Assembly (NCBI GenBank): GCA_963847445.1
Contig: CAWJZV010000008.1
Location: forward strand, 112,432-176,431
Source of the DNA: an uncultured delta proteobacterium
Lineage (GTDB): Bacteria > Desulfobacterota > Binatia > UBA9968
Direction of reading: 5' to 3'
DNA length: 64,000 bases
Shown here piece by piece: positions 12,223-22,676 of this stretch (position 1 is the first letter of the stretch; each line of letters opens with the position of its first letter). The notes under the pieces were generated by a model. The model worked only from the letters and a program-made list of their open reading frames with translations, did not search any database and was not told the origin of the DNA. The position numbers and the translations under genes are program-made.

Positions 12223-12544
12223 ACCCGCAAGTGAAGATTAGGAAGCAAATCTTTTTCCGCGAGCATATCGGCGCTTGGGCGCACGCTGGCGCCATTGAAA
12301 TTGATCTGATCCCTCGATGCTTGTCTCGCATTGGCTGGCACTTCGACTTGAGTCGGTATTCACATCCCAGCGGTTTCAAGTTGACATAACGCGAACCTAT
12401 CGAATACGGTTTGACCCACAGATGAGGATAGGTTGCCAGTCGGTTTTCTGAATTAGCTGCTCGCGAGTCTGAAACACCGGCTTGCATGGTCTGCGGCCCC
12501 GATTGCCGCTTGATCAGGAATTCACACCCCACGAGAGGTCGGTC

Positions 12545-15500
12545 ATGAAAAAGACAACGAAAGCCAAACGATCCACCGCTGCCACACGGAAGCCCGCAAC
12601 TCGCGCCGCCGCGGCCGTCGAGGTCGAACGACGAGTCTCGGCGCTCGACTGGAAGGAACTCGCGACCGGTTTGGGCGGCGCGACCCGCGGCACAGGCGGC
12701 ATATCAGAGAACGACCTGAGGGATTACTTCGGCGCCGAGGAATTCGAGCGGCTTCAGCAGCTCGCCGGATTCAGTCAGACCGTGCGGTCGCGCTCGGCGC
12801 CGCTCGGCAACGTGATCTTTCTCCACGGCATCACCGGCTCGGACCTGGGCGTTGCCGCCGGTTCGGGAGAGCCGGACGAAGTCTGGGTGAACTTTTTCCG
12901 CCTGATCAACGGCCGCATCGAACGCCTCAAGCTCGCCGCGGACGGCGCCAAGGAAGCGGACCGCACTTGGCGAGTCGTGCCGATGGGGGTGAATAAGCGC
13001 TACTACGCCCGCGCCGTGCTCGCCCTCGGCGGCCGCTGGAACGTCACGCCCTTCGCCTACGACTGGCGCAAAGACATCGACGACTCTTCGAACGAGCTCG
13101 CTAAGCTCATCCGCCGCGACTTTCAGGGCAAGCCCGTGCATCTCGTCGCCCACTCGATGGGCGGGCTGGTCTGCCGCAATTTTATCCGGCTGCACCAGGA
13201 TCTTTGGGAGGCCATGAAAGACCCTGGGCTCGTGCGCGGCGGGCGCCTGATCATGCTCGGCACACCGAACTACGGCTCGTTCGCCATCCCGCAGGTAATC
13301 ACCGGGCAGGACAAGATGATCAGCCTGCTCGCCACGCTCGACGTGAGGCACGATCTGGGCGAACTCCTCGAGGTTACCAACTCGTTCGTCGGCAGTTACA
13401 TGATGCTTCCGGCCCCGGCGAAGCTGACTCCCGCGCTCCAGAAGCTGTATCGCGGCGAAACCTGGGGTGAGAGCACAGGGCTGGTGTCGCAGCGCCACCT
13501 CGACCGCTCCTATCAGTTCCATCACGATCTCGAGGCTGCTGCGCCGACTATCGACCCGACGCGCATGATCTACGTCGCAGGATGCCGGCAGGCGACACTG
13601 TCCGGGTTGAAGATCGCCAGCCGCGGCGACTTCGATTACGAGTTGACCTACGCCGGCGACGGGCGGGTGCCGCACGACCTCGGCCTGCTGGAGAACGTGC
13701 CGACCTACTACGTCGACGAAGCGCATGGCGATCTTGCGCGCAACGAATCGGTCATCGCCGCCGTCGATGAGTTGCTCGAAAGAGGCCAGACGGCGACGCT
13801 CGGGACACAGGTGCTGCGCGCGGTGAAACGCGCGGCGCCGACGATGCGCGACTACCGTACACCTGAGGATAAGCAGCTTATCGAGGATCTCGGGCGGCTC
13901 GCGCGCAAGGCCGAGGCAACTCACCAGGCTGTTCGCGGCGCCGGTGCGCGCGCCGACGAGACCGAACGTGCCGCGCTGCGCGCCACCTTCACCGACGAAG
14001 AGGCGCGCTTCGCCGAAGACGCAATCGTCAAGGCTGCGCTCGGCGGCCGCGGCCGCCCGGCGCAGCAGATAGCGGTGCAACCGATGTCGCCGGCGGTGCG
14101 CGCTCAGATCAAGCCAATCAACGTCACCCTGCTCAAGGGCGACATCACCGAGGTCGAGGCACCGCTTGTCGTCGTCGGCCATTACAAGGGCGTGCCGCCG
14201 ACGCGCGCGGTCGGCGCCATCGACCATAAACTCGGCGGCTGGATCGAGCGTGCCGGGCGCCTGGGCATGATCGGCGGGAACCTCGGCGAGACGTTCTTCG
14301 TGCCGAACGTCGCCAATGCGTTAAAGGCCGGAGGCGCGGTCCTCGCAGGCATGGGCGAGTTCGGCAAGTTCACGCGTGATGACCTGGTGCTCCTCATGTC
14401 GAACGTGACCATAGGCGTATCGGCTCTCGGCCTGAAGGGCTACGCCAGCGTGCTGATCGGTTCCGGTGAAGGCAACCTCGACCGCGAGAGCGCGCTCAAG
14501 GCTTTTCTCGAGGGCGTCGCTGCCGGCGCCGAGCGCTTCGAGAAGGAGTCCGACGGCAGACTGGCGGCGTCTCGGTCGCTGACGATCGTCGAGAAGTACG
14601 ACGCCCCGTTCAAGAGCCTGGAAGAGCAGCTTCGGCGGCTGGCAGGACCCCAATCCTCAAGGGCGGGTAAAGAGCGGACAAGCGGCCGCAAGTCCGCGCG
14701 CCCGCAAGGCAAGGCGTCGCGCATCGACGAGGCGGAGGCGAACGCGCCGATCACGCTCACCGTCAAAAAGGGCGCGCGCTCGGCGGCCAAGCCGGCGCAG
14801 CGCGACAGAGCCGGGAAAAGGGCCGACGTTCCATCGAGCCTGGATGAAGTGCGGCTCACCGTCGAGCAGTTGAAGGAGGGCACGTTCCGCTTCTCGGCTC
14901 TCGCGGAGACGGCCGTCGTGCCGGTGCGCGAGGTCGAGATCAACGCGACATTCGCCAGGGGCGCCGCCGACCGGTTGATGAGCTCGACGACGCGCGACGA
15001 GCAGATCAAGTTCGGCGAGCTGCTCTACACCTACCTGGTGCCGGAAGACTTTCACCGGATGATCGATAGCGGCAAACCGCTCAAGCTCATCCTCGACCGC
15101 AGCACCGCCTCGTATCCTTGGGAGATGGCATGCTTCCGCAGCGCGCAGAATCCGAATCGCGTCTCGAGCCTCGGCGTCGACCTGCGCGTGACACGCCAGT
15201 TCCGCACGCTGCTTTCGAGCGCGCCGGGCATGAAGCCGGTGCTCAACCGCAACCTCAAGGTGCTGATCATCGCCGACCCTGCGCGGGAGCCGGACTACCA
15301 GCTACCGGGCGCGCGCCGCGAGGGACGCGAGGTGGCGAGCGTCTTCCGCAACTTCCCGGCGAAGCAGCACGGGATCTTTATCGAGGTCGATGAACATATC
15401 GGCCCCGATCAATGCGACCCGGTCGAGATCCTGGCGCTGCTGCTCTCCGGAGCATTCGATATCGTGCATTACGCCGGTCACGGCGGCTATGACAAGGACA

Positions 15501-15907
15501 ACCCGGCCGGAAGCGGCTGGATCTTCGGCAAGGACTGCGTCCTGTCCGCGCGGGAGATCTTCCGCGCGCGCAAGGTGCCGCGGCTGGTGTTCGCCAACGC
15601 CTGCTTCTCGGCAGTCACGACCCAGGGGCGGGCACTGTCCGCCGACGAGCAGTCGAAAGGGCTCGCAAGCATCGCTCAGGCGTTCTTCGAGCGTGGCGTG
15701 AGCAACTACATCGGCAGCGGCTGGCCGGTCAATGACGACCAGGCGACGACGCTCGCGCGAACGTTCTACGACGGCCTGCTGAAAGGAAAGCCAATCTGCG
15801 ACGCTCTCAAGGCGGGGCGCGCGGAGATCGGCGGCTACGGCGATACCTGGGGTGCGTACCAGCACTATGGCAATCCGAACGACGTCGTGATCAAGGCCGA
15901 CAAGTAG
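12545..15907 (+). CDS. Multidomain protein: LCAT/PGAP1-like lipase + M17-N/macro-like domain + C-terminal CHAT (caspase-HetF) protease
   Basis: Lipase: FLHGITGS, FAYDWR, AHSMGG, LGTPNYGS, GDGRVP, AHGDL. Middle: LKGDITEV...VVGHYKG...SVLIGSGEG. CHAT: YPWEM, LPGARRE, HYAGHG, FANACFS, WPVND, WGAYQHYGNP. Confidence 0.9.
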   Translation: MKKTTKAKRSTAATRKPATRAAAAVEVERRVSALDWKELATGLGGATRGTGGISENDLRDYFGAEEFERLQQLAGFSQTVRSRSAPLGNVIFLHGITGSDLGVAAGSGEPDEVWVNFFRLINGRIERLKLAADGAKEADRTWRVVPMGVNKRYYARAVLALGGRWNVTPFAYDWRKDIDDSSNELAKLIRRDFQGKPVHLVAHSMGGLVCRNFIRLHQDLWEAMKDPGLVRGGRLIMLGTPNYGSFAIPQVITGQDKMISLLATLDVRHDLGELLEVTNSFVGSYMMLPAPAKLTPALQKLYRGETWGESTGLVSQRHLDRSYQFHHDLEAAAPTIDPTRMIYVAGCRQATLSGLKIASRGDFDYELTYAGDGRVPHDLGLLENVPTYYVDEAHGDLARNESVIAAVDELLERGQTATLGTQVLRAVKRAAPTMRDYRTPEDKQLIEDLGRLARKAEATHQAVRGAGARADETERAALRATFTDEEARFAEDAIVKAALGGRGRPAQQIAVQPMSPAVRAQIKPINVTLLKGDITEVEAPLVVVGHYKGVPPTRAVGAIDHKLGGWIERAGRLGMIGGNLGETFFVPNVANALKAGGAVLAGMGEFGKFTRDDLVLLMSNVTIGVSALGLKGYASVLIGSGEGNLDRESALKAFLEGVAAGAERFEKESDGRLAASRSLTIVEKYDAPFKSLEEQLRRLAGPQSSRAGKERTSGRKSARPQGKASRIDEAEANAPITLTVKKGARSAAKPAQRDRAGKRADVPSSLDEVRLTVEQLKEGTFRFSALAETAVVPVREVEINATFARGAADRLMSSTTRDEQIKFGELLYTYLVPEDFHRMIDSGKPLKLILDRSTASYPWEMACFRSAQNPNRVSSLGVDLRVTRQFRTLLSSAPGMKPVLNRNLKVLIIADPAREPDYQLPGARREGREVASVFRNFPAKQHGIFIEVDEHIGPDQCDPVEILALLLSGAFDIVHYAGHGGYDKDNPAGSGWIFGKDCVLSAREIFRARKVPRLVFANACFSAVTTQGRALSADEQSKGLASIAQAFFERGVSNYIGSGWPVNDDQATTLARTFYDGLLKGKPICDALKAGRAEIGGYGDTWGAYQHYGNPNDVVIKADK

Positions 15908-16113
15908 CGCGACGGCAGGTTGTCTAGAGCGATTATTGATCACCAGCTGATGCGTGAGAAGTAGAGACTCTGCGGCGACGGCTGATACGCCACCTGTCAT
16001 TTTTCAGCATTTTTCAGGGTCAAGCTTTTCAATACAAGCCGTGCGCGTTGGCGCACGGGCCCGGGTGTGGGGCGCACCATATACGACCGCGTGATTTGCT
16101 ACTCAGCGTGCGA

Positions 16114-17017
16114 CTATTTGAATGCGCCAATCCCGGGTGTTTTAACTTCGAGTTTGGCGAGGGCACCGCGTGTCGTGAGATACAGGGTGCGAAAGTCCGG
16201 TCCGCCGAAAGCGAGGTTGCGAACTATCTCCGGCATCCGGAGGATGCCGATGACCTCACCCGATGGAGCGATAACCCAGATGCCGCCGGAGCCGACGCAA
16301 AACACTCGACCTTTGGTGTCGACCTTCATGCCGTCGGGAACGCCGGGAGCCGCCGAGGACATATCACAGAACACGCGGTTGTTGCTCAGGATCCCGTCCG
16401 GGGCCACGTCGAACGCGCGGATGCGCCGATGATTACAAACCTCGCCACGCTCGCGCCTCCTGGAAGCAGCGCTCGTCGAGCCGGCTAATCGCGACGTACA
16501 GCACCGACTCATCGGGAGAGAACGCCAGCCCATTGGGGTACTCACACTCGTCGGTGGCCAGGTGCACGTGGCCCGTCGGATCGATGCGAAATACGCCGGA
16601 AAATCCGATCTCGCGCAGCTCTGCTGGAAGGCGCAGCCCGGGGTCGGTGAAAAAGATGGTGCCGTCGGAGCGGCACACCACATCGTTCGGTTTATTGAAC
16701 CGTTTGCCTTGCCAGCGCTCGGCAATGGCCGTGACCGTGCCATCTGCCGCCATCCGGGTAATGCGCCGGTGATCGGCGCCTTCGCACATGATGAGACGGC
16801 CCTGGCGATCGAGCGTGCAGCCGTTGCCCTCGCCGGTATTTTCCCGCACTACGGTTATTGCACCGTTGGGGTCCCAGCGCAGCAGCCGGTTCCCCTCTAG
16901 ATCGACAAAGGTAACATAACCCTCGGCATGCCAGAGCGGCCCTTCGGCGCGGCCCCAGCCAGTGGCAAGCTGAGTCGGTTCTGTGGATGCGAATATGTCG
17001 GACAGGTTCTCAGCCAT
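16114..17017 (-). CDS. SMP-30/gluconolactonase family protein, frameshift near 16450
   Basis: AEGPLW, GNGCTLDRQGRL, FNKPNDVV, YPNGLAFSPDE, PDGMKVD, NLAFGG. Confidence 0.92.
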
Positions 17018-17107
17018 CGTACACCTCCTTGATTTCCATGAGCGGTAATGAACAGTGCGGACATCGCGAAGATGCTGCTTGTTCTCGCGTAGACGGACTT
17101 CGGGGCA

Positions 17108-17247
17108 CTACTTTTGCTCCAGGCAACAGCGAAAAATCGACAAACTTCTGCGGGTCGAGATCGGCAGGGATCCGCGCTGTGGCTCGCGCGCGGCAGCAAA
17201 AAGCTCATTGCCAGCAATAGGACGATCGATGGCAATTGTCGTTTCAT
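17108..17247 (-). pseudogene. Internally deleted solute-binding-protein remnant (signal peptide joined to C-terminal tail)
   Basis: AAGGAG RBS, MKRQLPSIVLLLAMSFLLPRASHSAD, then in a shifted frame ADLDPQKFVDFSLLP, which resembles the SsuA-like SBP tail KPEEFVDPSFV in this window. Confidence 0.5.
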
Positions 17248-17446
17248 GCTTTGACTCCTTCACACGATGGCTGTCCACTTATGATTGGTCAGGGATAGAA
17301 GTGTCCTCAGCCTGCGCTGGCGATCTTAATCAAGGGCGAGAGCGCCCGTCAAACTCGTGAGGCGCTTTTGCGCGCCAACCACATGGGCGATAAGCGTTCG
17401 ATGCCTTGTCGGCGAGCAACCGTGGTTTTGAATTTGGCGACAATTG

Positions 17447-17475
17447 TTGACAGCCAGCAACGCCGCTCTTAGAGT
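17447..17475 (+). promoter_or_regulatory. sigma70-type promoter
   Basis: TTGACA-N17-TAGAGT about 35 bp upstream of the ATG at 17510. Confidence 0.55.
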
Positions 17476-17509
17476 GGGCACCGGCTCCTATGCTGTGACT
17501 TTAGCTATA

Positions 17510-18635
17510 ATGACAAAGGCATTATTAACATTTCTCCTTACCCTCTCCATCAGCGGCAGCAGCTTTGCTGCGGATGCTAAGCCGTCGTGGCGCATCGAAT
17601 GGGACAAGACCGTGGCGGCAGCGGAGAAGGAGGGCACGGTTTCGATTTACATATTCGAAGCCGGGCCGCTCACCGAAGAAACCGTGCTTGCCTTCGAGCG
17701 CGCCTATCCGAAGATTAAAGTTAACCAATTGCGCGGCCGCGGCAACGATCTCGGTCCGCGCATCGTCGCCGAGCGGCGCGCCGGCAAATATCTGGTCGAT
17801 CTCTTCGCCGGTGGCAAAGGGACCGCGTTGGGCACCCTTTACGTCGGCAAACTGCTGGATCCAATCAAGCCGCTTTTGCTGCTTCCGGATGTCCTGGATG
17901 AAACCGAAATGGTGGCGCCGCGAACATAAATACGTCGATCCGGAGAATAAATATATTTTCGCTTACATCGGCAACGCCGGCGGTGTCGAGATCAATTACA
18001 ATTCTACTTCGGTCAACCCCAAGGAGTTTACATCCTATTGGGATCTGACCCAGCCCAAGTGGAAAGGCAAAATCGCCGCCACCGACCCGCGTTCCCGCGG
18101 CATGGACAACCCGGTGCTGTTTTTCTACTACCATGCCAAACTTGGACCCGAGTTCATTCGCAAACTTTACGGCGACATGGAAGTCGCGATCGCGCGCGAC
18201 TATCGGCAGCCGGTGGATTGGCTGGCATCTGGAAGGTACGCCCTCTGTATCCCCTGTGTTTCGGACGAAATGGACAAGGCGATGGATCAAGGTCTGCCGG
18301 TGGGGCAAATTCTCCGGCTTAAGGAAGGCGGCACCCTGAGTTCTTCCGGTGGGACGCTGACGTTGCTGCAAAATGCGCCCCATCCCAATGCGGCGAAAGT
18401 ATTCGTCAACTGGCTGTTGTCGCGGGAAGGACAAACCGTGGTGCAAAAAGGCCGCAAGGGGCGCACGCGCACCGCGTCCAATTCGCTGCGAATCGATATT
18501 GCCAAGAACGATCTGCCGGAAGAAGTTCAACGCCGAGAGGGCGTCGACTACTTCGATGCCGACGATGATAACTTCGCCGACCGCCGACCGGCGGACAAGT
18601 TGTTCAATGAAATTTTTGGCAAGACGAGTAAATAA
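17510..18635 (+). CDS. ABC substrate-binding protein (Fe3+/thiamine/polyamine cluster), frameshift near 17900
   Basis: Signal peptide, AAAEKEG, ERRAGKYLVD, PKWKGKI, APHPNAAKVFVNWLLSREGQ. Confidence 0.88.
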
Positions 18636-18659
18636 ACCGCGAGCGAAACTCGGAATAAC

Positions 18660-18769
18660 TCTCGCAAAGGCGCCAAGCTCGCAAAGTTCGGAACATTACG
18701 GTGAAAATAAATCGTAAGACTTTTTTATCCTCTCCGTGTGAACTTCGCGCCTTTGCGCCTTTGCGGGAG
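18660..18769. repeat. Nonamer palindromic element (CGCAAAGG family)
   Basis: tctcgcaaaggcgccaagctcgcaaagttc ... gaacttcgcgcctttgcgcctttgcgggaga inverted arms. Confidence 0.7.
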
Positions 18770-18808
18770 AAATATCCGATTCCGGTAAATTACATTTGGG
18801 AGAATGCC

Positions 18809-19816
18809 ATGACCAAGATCGTCGGGCGAAGTGGGTTACTCACATTGGTTCTCGCGCTGCTGGTGTTCCCATCGCAAGGCGTGGCGCAGGACAAGCCGCT
18901 GAAAAAAATCTATTGGGGCGTGTCGACATTGTCGCCGACCTTGTGGATCCCTTGGATCGCCAAGGAAGCGAAGATTTTTGACAAGAACGGCCTCGATGTC
19001 GAAGCAGTTTTGCTCAATGGCTCGGGGCGGACTTCGCAGGCCATGCTCTCGGGCAGTCTGTTCGCGGCGTCCGTCGCGCTGCCGCAGGTTATGTTAGCGG
19101 ACTTGACCGGCGCCGATCTGGTCAACGTCGCCCACGGCATCGGCGTGCAGGCGAGCCGTCTGATGGTGCGGCCGGAGATTCGCAAGGTCGAAGATCTCAA
19201 GGGCAAGCGCATTGGTATTTCAAGTTTGGGTTCCGCCGGTGATCTATTGTTCGGTTACGTGCTGCGCAAATATGGCATCGACACTACCCGCGATGTCATT
19301 TGGTTGGCCGTCGGCAACACCGCGGAGCGGCTGCAGGCATTGATGGCCGGTACGGTCGATGCGGCGGACATGACTTACCCCGCCGACGTTGAGGCGGAGC
19401 GCAAAGGCTTTCGCCCCTTGCTGGATGCGCGCAAAGAAATTGTCTATCCGACCGCATCGGTGGTGACGCGGCGTAAGACCATTCGCGAAGAGCGCGACAC
19501 GGTGATGCGCTTCGTGCGCTCGTTTGTCGAAGGCATCGCCTATCTCAAGCAGAACAAGGAATTCAGCAAAAAAGTCCTGACCAAATACATGCGCACGACC
19601 GATGCGGAATATCTCGAAGGTTCCTACAACATGTTCCGGGACGATTTTATTTCCGTGCCCTATCCGATCACCAAAAATCTCGAGGCGATCTATGAGATCG
19701 CGGCGTTTCGCCGCCCGGAGATTCGCACGCACAAACCCGAGGAGTTCGTCGACCCAAGCTTTGTCGCCGAGCTAGAGAAGAGCGGTTTCATCAAAAAGCT
19801 TTATGAGGGGAAGTAG
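18809..19816 (+). CDS. ABC substrate-binding protein, SsuA/THI5-like
   Basis: Signal peptide, FDKNGLDVE, DLKGKRIGISSLGS, KPEEFVDPSFVAELEKSGFI. Confidence 0.9.
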   Translation: MTKIVGRSGLLTLVLALLVFPSQGVAQDKPLKKIYWGVSTLSPTLWIPWIAKEAKIFDKNGLDVEAVLLNGSGRTSQAMLSGSLFAASVALPQVMLADLTGADLVNVAHGIGVQASRLMVRPEIRKVEDLKGKRIGISSLGSAGDLLFGYVLRKYGIDTTRDVIWLAVGNTAERLQALMAGTVDAADMTYPADVEAERKGFRPLLDARKEIVYPTASVVTRRKTIREERDTVMRFVRSFVEGIAYLKQNKEFSKKVLTKYMRTTDAEYLEGSYNMFRDDFISVPYPITKNLEAIYEIAAFRRPEIRTHKPEEFVDPSFVAELEKSGFIKKLYEGK

Positions 19817-19867
19817 GAGGGGAATGGCCGCATAGAACGCATAGAACGCAAAAGTTGGATAGGATCA

Positions 19868-20208
19868 TTCACCACGAAGTGTCCGTGAGCTTGCGCGCCT
19901 ATAGAGCATGAAAATGGTTGGCTTTCCCAGAACATGCCCCCTCCTCGATTCGGCGCACGCGGGAATCGGTTTGTTCTGCGCCGAATGCTGGATACCCACT
20001 TTCGCGGTATGACGGAACCCAGGTGCCCTTTCATTTTGAAGACCATCCCTACATGTAGTATGTAAGAGGACGAAGAGCACGAAGTTCGGAAGAAGATTTG
20101 AACCGCAAAGAGCGCAACAAAACGTAAGAGTAAATCCCAACGTAGGGCGCAGCATGCTGCGCCCTTTGTCAATTCGAACCTTCGTGTCCTTCGTGCCTTC
20201 GTGGTGAA
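19868..20208. mobile_element. Composite non-autonomous palindromic element with nested REP-like inserts
   Basis: Terminal inverted repeats TTCACCACGAAG (19868) and CTTCGTGGTGAA (ends 20208); internal cgcgggaatc...ctggatacccactttcgcggtatgac and GTAG-REP cgtagggcgcagcatgctgcgccct (20141-20165). Confidence 0.65.
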
Positions 20209-20252
20209 AAATCTGCTTCTATAACAGCCTACAAAAACTTCTAGGGTGCCAT

Positions 20253-21317
20253 TCAAGCGCCCTTGCGGCCGGTTTCCTTCAGTAGCTTGTCCCAGCGCTC
20301 GAGTTCTTTTTCGTATTTGTCCAGCGGCAGGTCGCGTTCGGGGCGCCATTTTTTGAAGCCGTAGTTTTTGGCGCCGTTGCCGTAGTGATATTTCTCTAGG
20401 ATGCCTTGGCCTTCGGGGCCGAGCAGGTAGTCGGCGAGCAGCAACGCGGCGTGGGGATGGGGCGGTTGCGCGGCGATGGCGACGCCGCCGACGTTGGTCG
20501 GCACCACATCCATGGCGACCCATTCCACCGGCGCGCCTTTTTGCTGGGCGACGATGACATGGTTGCGAAAGATCGCCGCGCCGGCGAGGATTTCGCCCGA
20601 TGCGATGAGATCGAGCAAGGCCGGCGGAATGATCGTGTGCAGGCTGATATCCTGGCCCTTCAATTTTTTCACCAGCTCCGGACCGTGGGTTTTTAGAATT
20701 CCTGCGATGGTTTTGTTACTGGTATCGTCGAGGGTGAGGCCCATTCTGCCCTTGAGAGCGGGATGGAGCAGTCCTTGGTAGTTTTTTGGCACGGCGTCTT
20801 TGGGCAGCAGGTTCTTGTTATAGCCGAAGCCGATGTAGGACTCGCGCGCGGTGCCCCAGAAGTATAGTCCGCGTTCGCCCTTGACCTTGGCGTCCTCGGG
20901 ATAGGAGGCAAAATAAGGCGAGTGATAAGGCCGTAGCAGAAAAGCCTCGCGCTGGAACATTAAGTTGGATTCGGTGGTTTCGATGGTGTCGACGATGGCC
21001 CGTTTGGCCTTGGCTTCCTCGACCATGCGGTTGGTGATCTCGCCGCCGTTGGTGCGGTAAGCTTCGATTTTGACGCCGGCATATTTTGTCTCGAAGGCCT
21101 TGATCATGGCCTTGTAGGAGTCGCCGGCGAGGGACGTGTACCAGGTCGCTTTCCCTTCGGTCTTCGCGCCGGCGTAGAGCATCGCTTCGCGGTCTTTGCC
21201 GTTGTAGGTGACCAGCTCGGAGGCGGTCTGCGGCTTGCGCGGCTGAGCGTCGAGTTCGCCGGGCAATAGCACCGAATCGAGCGCTAGGACTGATAGGACG
21301 AATAATAAGACAAGCAT
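20253..21317 (-). CDS. ABC substrate-binding protein (AfuA/FbpA-like), tandem paralog 3
   Basis: YAGAKTEGKATWYTSL, LLHPALKGRMG, APVEWV, PPHPHAALLLADYLL. Confidence 0.9.
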   Translation of the reverse strand: MLVLLFVLSVLALDSVLLPGELDAQPRKPQTASELVTYNGKDREAMLYAGAKTEGKATWYTSLAGDSYKAMIKAFETKYAGVKIEAYRTNGGEITNRMVEEAKAKRAIVDTIETTESNLMFQREAFLLRPYHSPYFASYPEDAKVKGERGLYFWGTARESYIGFGYNKNLLPKDAVPKNYQGLLHPALKGRMGLTLDDTSNKTIAGILKTHGPELVKKLKGQDISLHTIIPPALLDLIASGEILAGAAIFRNHVIVAQQKGAPVEWVAMDVVPTNVGGVAIAAQPPHPHAALLLADYLLGPEGQGILEKYHYGNGAKNYGFKKWRPERDLPLDKYEKELERWDKLLKETGRKGA

Positions 21318-21380
21318 CGTTGTGGTTCTCCTGCAAGACTCTTATCGTGCGCCGGCTCCGCTGACAAGCCGAGATTACTT

Positions 21381-22433
21381 CTATGCGCCGCGGCGGCTGA
21401 TCTCTTTCAGCAGCTTTTCCCAGCGCTCCAGCTCCTTTTCGTACTTGTCGGTAGTGATGCCATGGTCGGGGCGCCATTTGTTGAAACCGAGTTTCTTCGC
21501 CGCGCTGCCATATTCATATTTTTCCAAGACCGCTTGTCCTTCACTGCCGAGGAGATAATCGGCCAGCAGCAAAGCGCCGTGCGGGTGCGGTGGTTGCACG
21601 GCGATGGCGGCGCCGCCGACATTGGTCGGCACGATGTCCATGGGTACCCATTCTACCGGCGCGCCTTTGCTGATCGCGTTCAATGTGTGGTTGCGAAAGA
21701 TGCCGGGCGACGCCAGCACTTCACCGGAAGCGATCAATTCCAACAGCGCCGGCGGGATGATTGTATGCAGGGCGATTTCTTGCACCTTTAGTTTTTTGAC
21801 AAACTCTTGGCCCTTGGTGCGCAGCATGGCGCCGATGACTTTATAGGCGGGATCGCTGACCGACACGCCCATGCGGCCTTTGAGCTCTGGATGGAGCAGA
21901 CCGTCATAGTTTTTCGGCACGGCGCTTTTCGACAGGAGCTTCTTGTTGTAAGCAAAACCGATATAAGACTCCCGCGCGATGCCCCAGAAATATAATCCGC
22001 GCTCGCTTTTTTCCTTGGCGTCCTCCGGATAATTGGCGAAGTGCGGTGAGTGATAGGGACGCAAGAGAAAAGCGTCGCGCATGAACATCAAGTTGCCTTC
22101 GGTGGTTTCGACGGCATCGACGATGTAACGCTTGGCCTTCGACTCCTCCATCATGCGCACGGTCATGTCGGAGCCGGAGACGCGGTAGGCATCGAGCTTG
22201 ACACCGGGATACCTGGCTTCAAAGGCTTTGGCCATGCCTTTATACGAGTCGCCGGAAAGCGACGTGTACCAGGTGACTTTGCCTTCGCTCTTGGCGCCGG
22301 CGTAGAGCAGGGCTTCGCGGTCTTTGCCGTTGTAAGTGACGAGCTCGGAGATAGTCTGCGGCTTGCGTTGGGCGAGCAGGTCGTTGGCGAAGAGGATCGA
22401 TCCGACCGATAAGACGAATATTAGGAAGTGCAT
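21381..22433 (-). CDS. ABC substrate-binding protein (AfuA/FbpA-like), tandem paralog 2
   Basis: Closely similar to 20253-21317 (YAGAKSEGKVTWYTSL, PPHPHGALLLADYLL). Confidence 0.9.
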   Translation of the reverse strand: MHFLIFVLSVGSILFANDLLAQRKPQTISELVTYNGKDREALLYAGAKSEGKVTWYTSLSGDSYKGMAKAFEARYPGVKLDAYRVSGSDMTVRMMEESKAKRYIVDAVETTEGNLMFMRDAFLLRPYHSPHFANYPEDAKEKSERGLYFWGIARESYIGFAYNKKLLSKSAVPKNYDGLLHPELKGRMGVSVSDPAYKVIGAMLRTKGQEFVKKLKVQEIALHTIIPPALLELIASGEVLASPGIFRNHTLNAISKGAPVEWVPMDIVPTNVGGAAIAVQPPHPHGALLLADYLLGSEGQAVLEKYEYGSAAKKLGFNKWRPDHGITTDKYEKELERWEKLLKEISRRGA

Positions 22434-22455
22434 CGCGATAGGCTCCTTTGCTGCG

Positions 22456-22610
22456 TTAGTGTTGGCTGATTTCTCTAGCGAGTTTACCCCACTTTAAGCT
22501 GTCTTTCTCATAGTCTTCCGACGATCGACCTTGGTCTTGGTACCATCTTTTGAAGCCGTAGTCTGTTGCCGGTTGGCCGTAGTGAAACTTATCGAGAATC
22601 TTCGGCGCAT
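22456..22610 (-). pseudogene. C-terminal remnant of a fourth tandem SBP paralog
   Basis: KILDKFHYGQPATDYGFKRW...DYEKDSLKWGKLAREISQH matches the tails of the three flanking SBPs. Confidence 0.8.
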
Positions 22611-22676
22611 CGGCAAGCAGGATAGGAAGGATGGACCAAAACCAGAGAGTGCATCGCGGAAGTCTCCTCTGCTGCG

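Noticed and set aside
12704-14227. 507-aa antisense ORF and similar long shadow ORFs (e.g. 33994-34995, 3972-4688)
   Set aside because: They lie opposite well-supported genes in GC-rich DNA and show no motifs.
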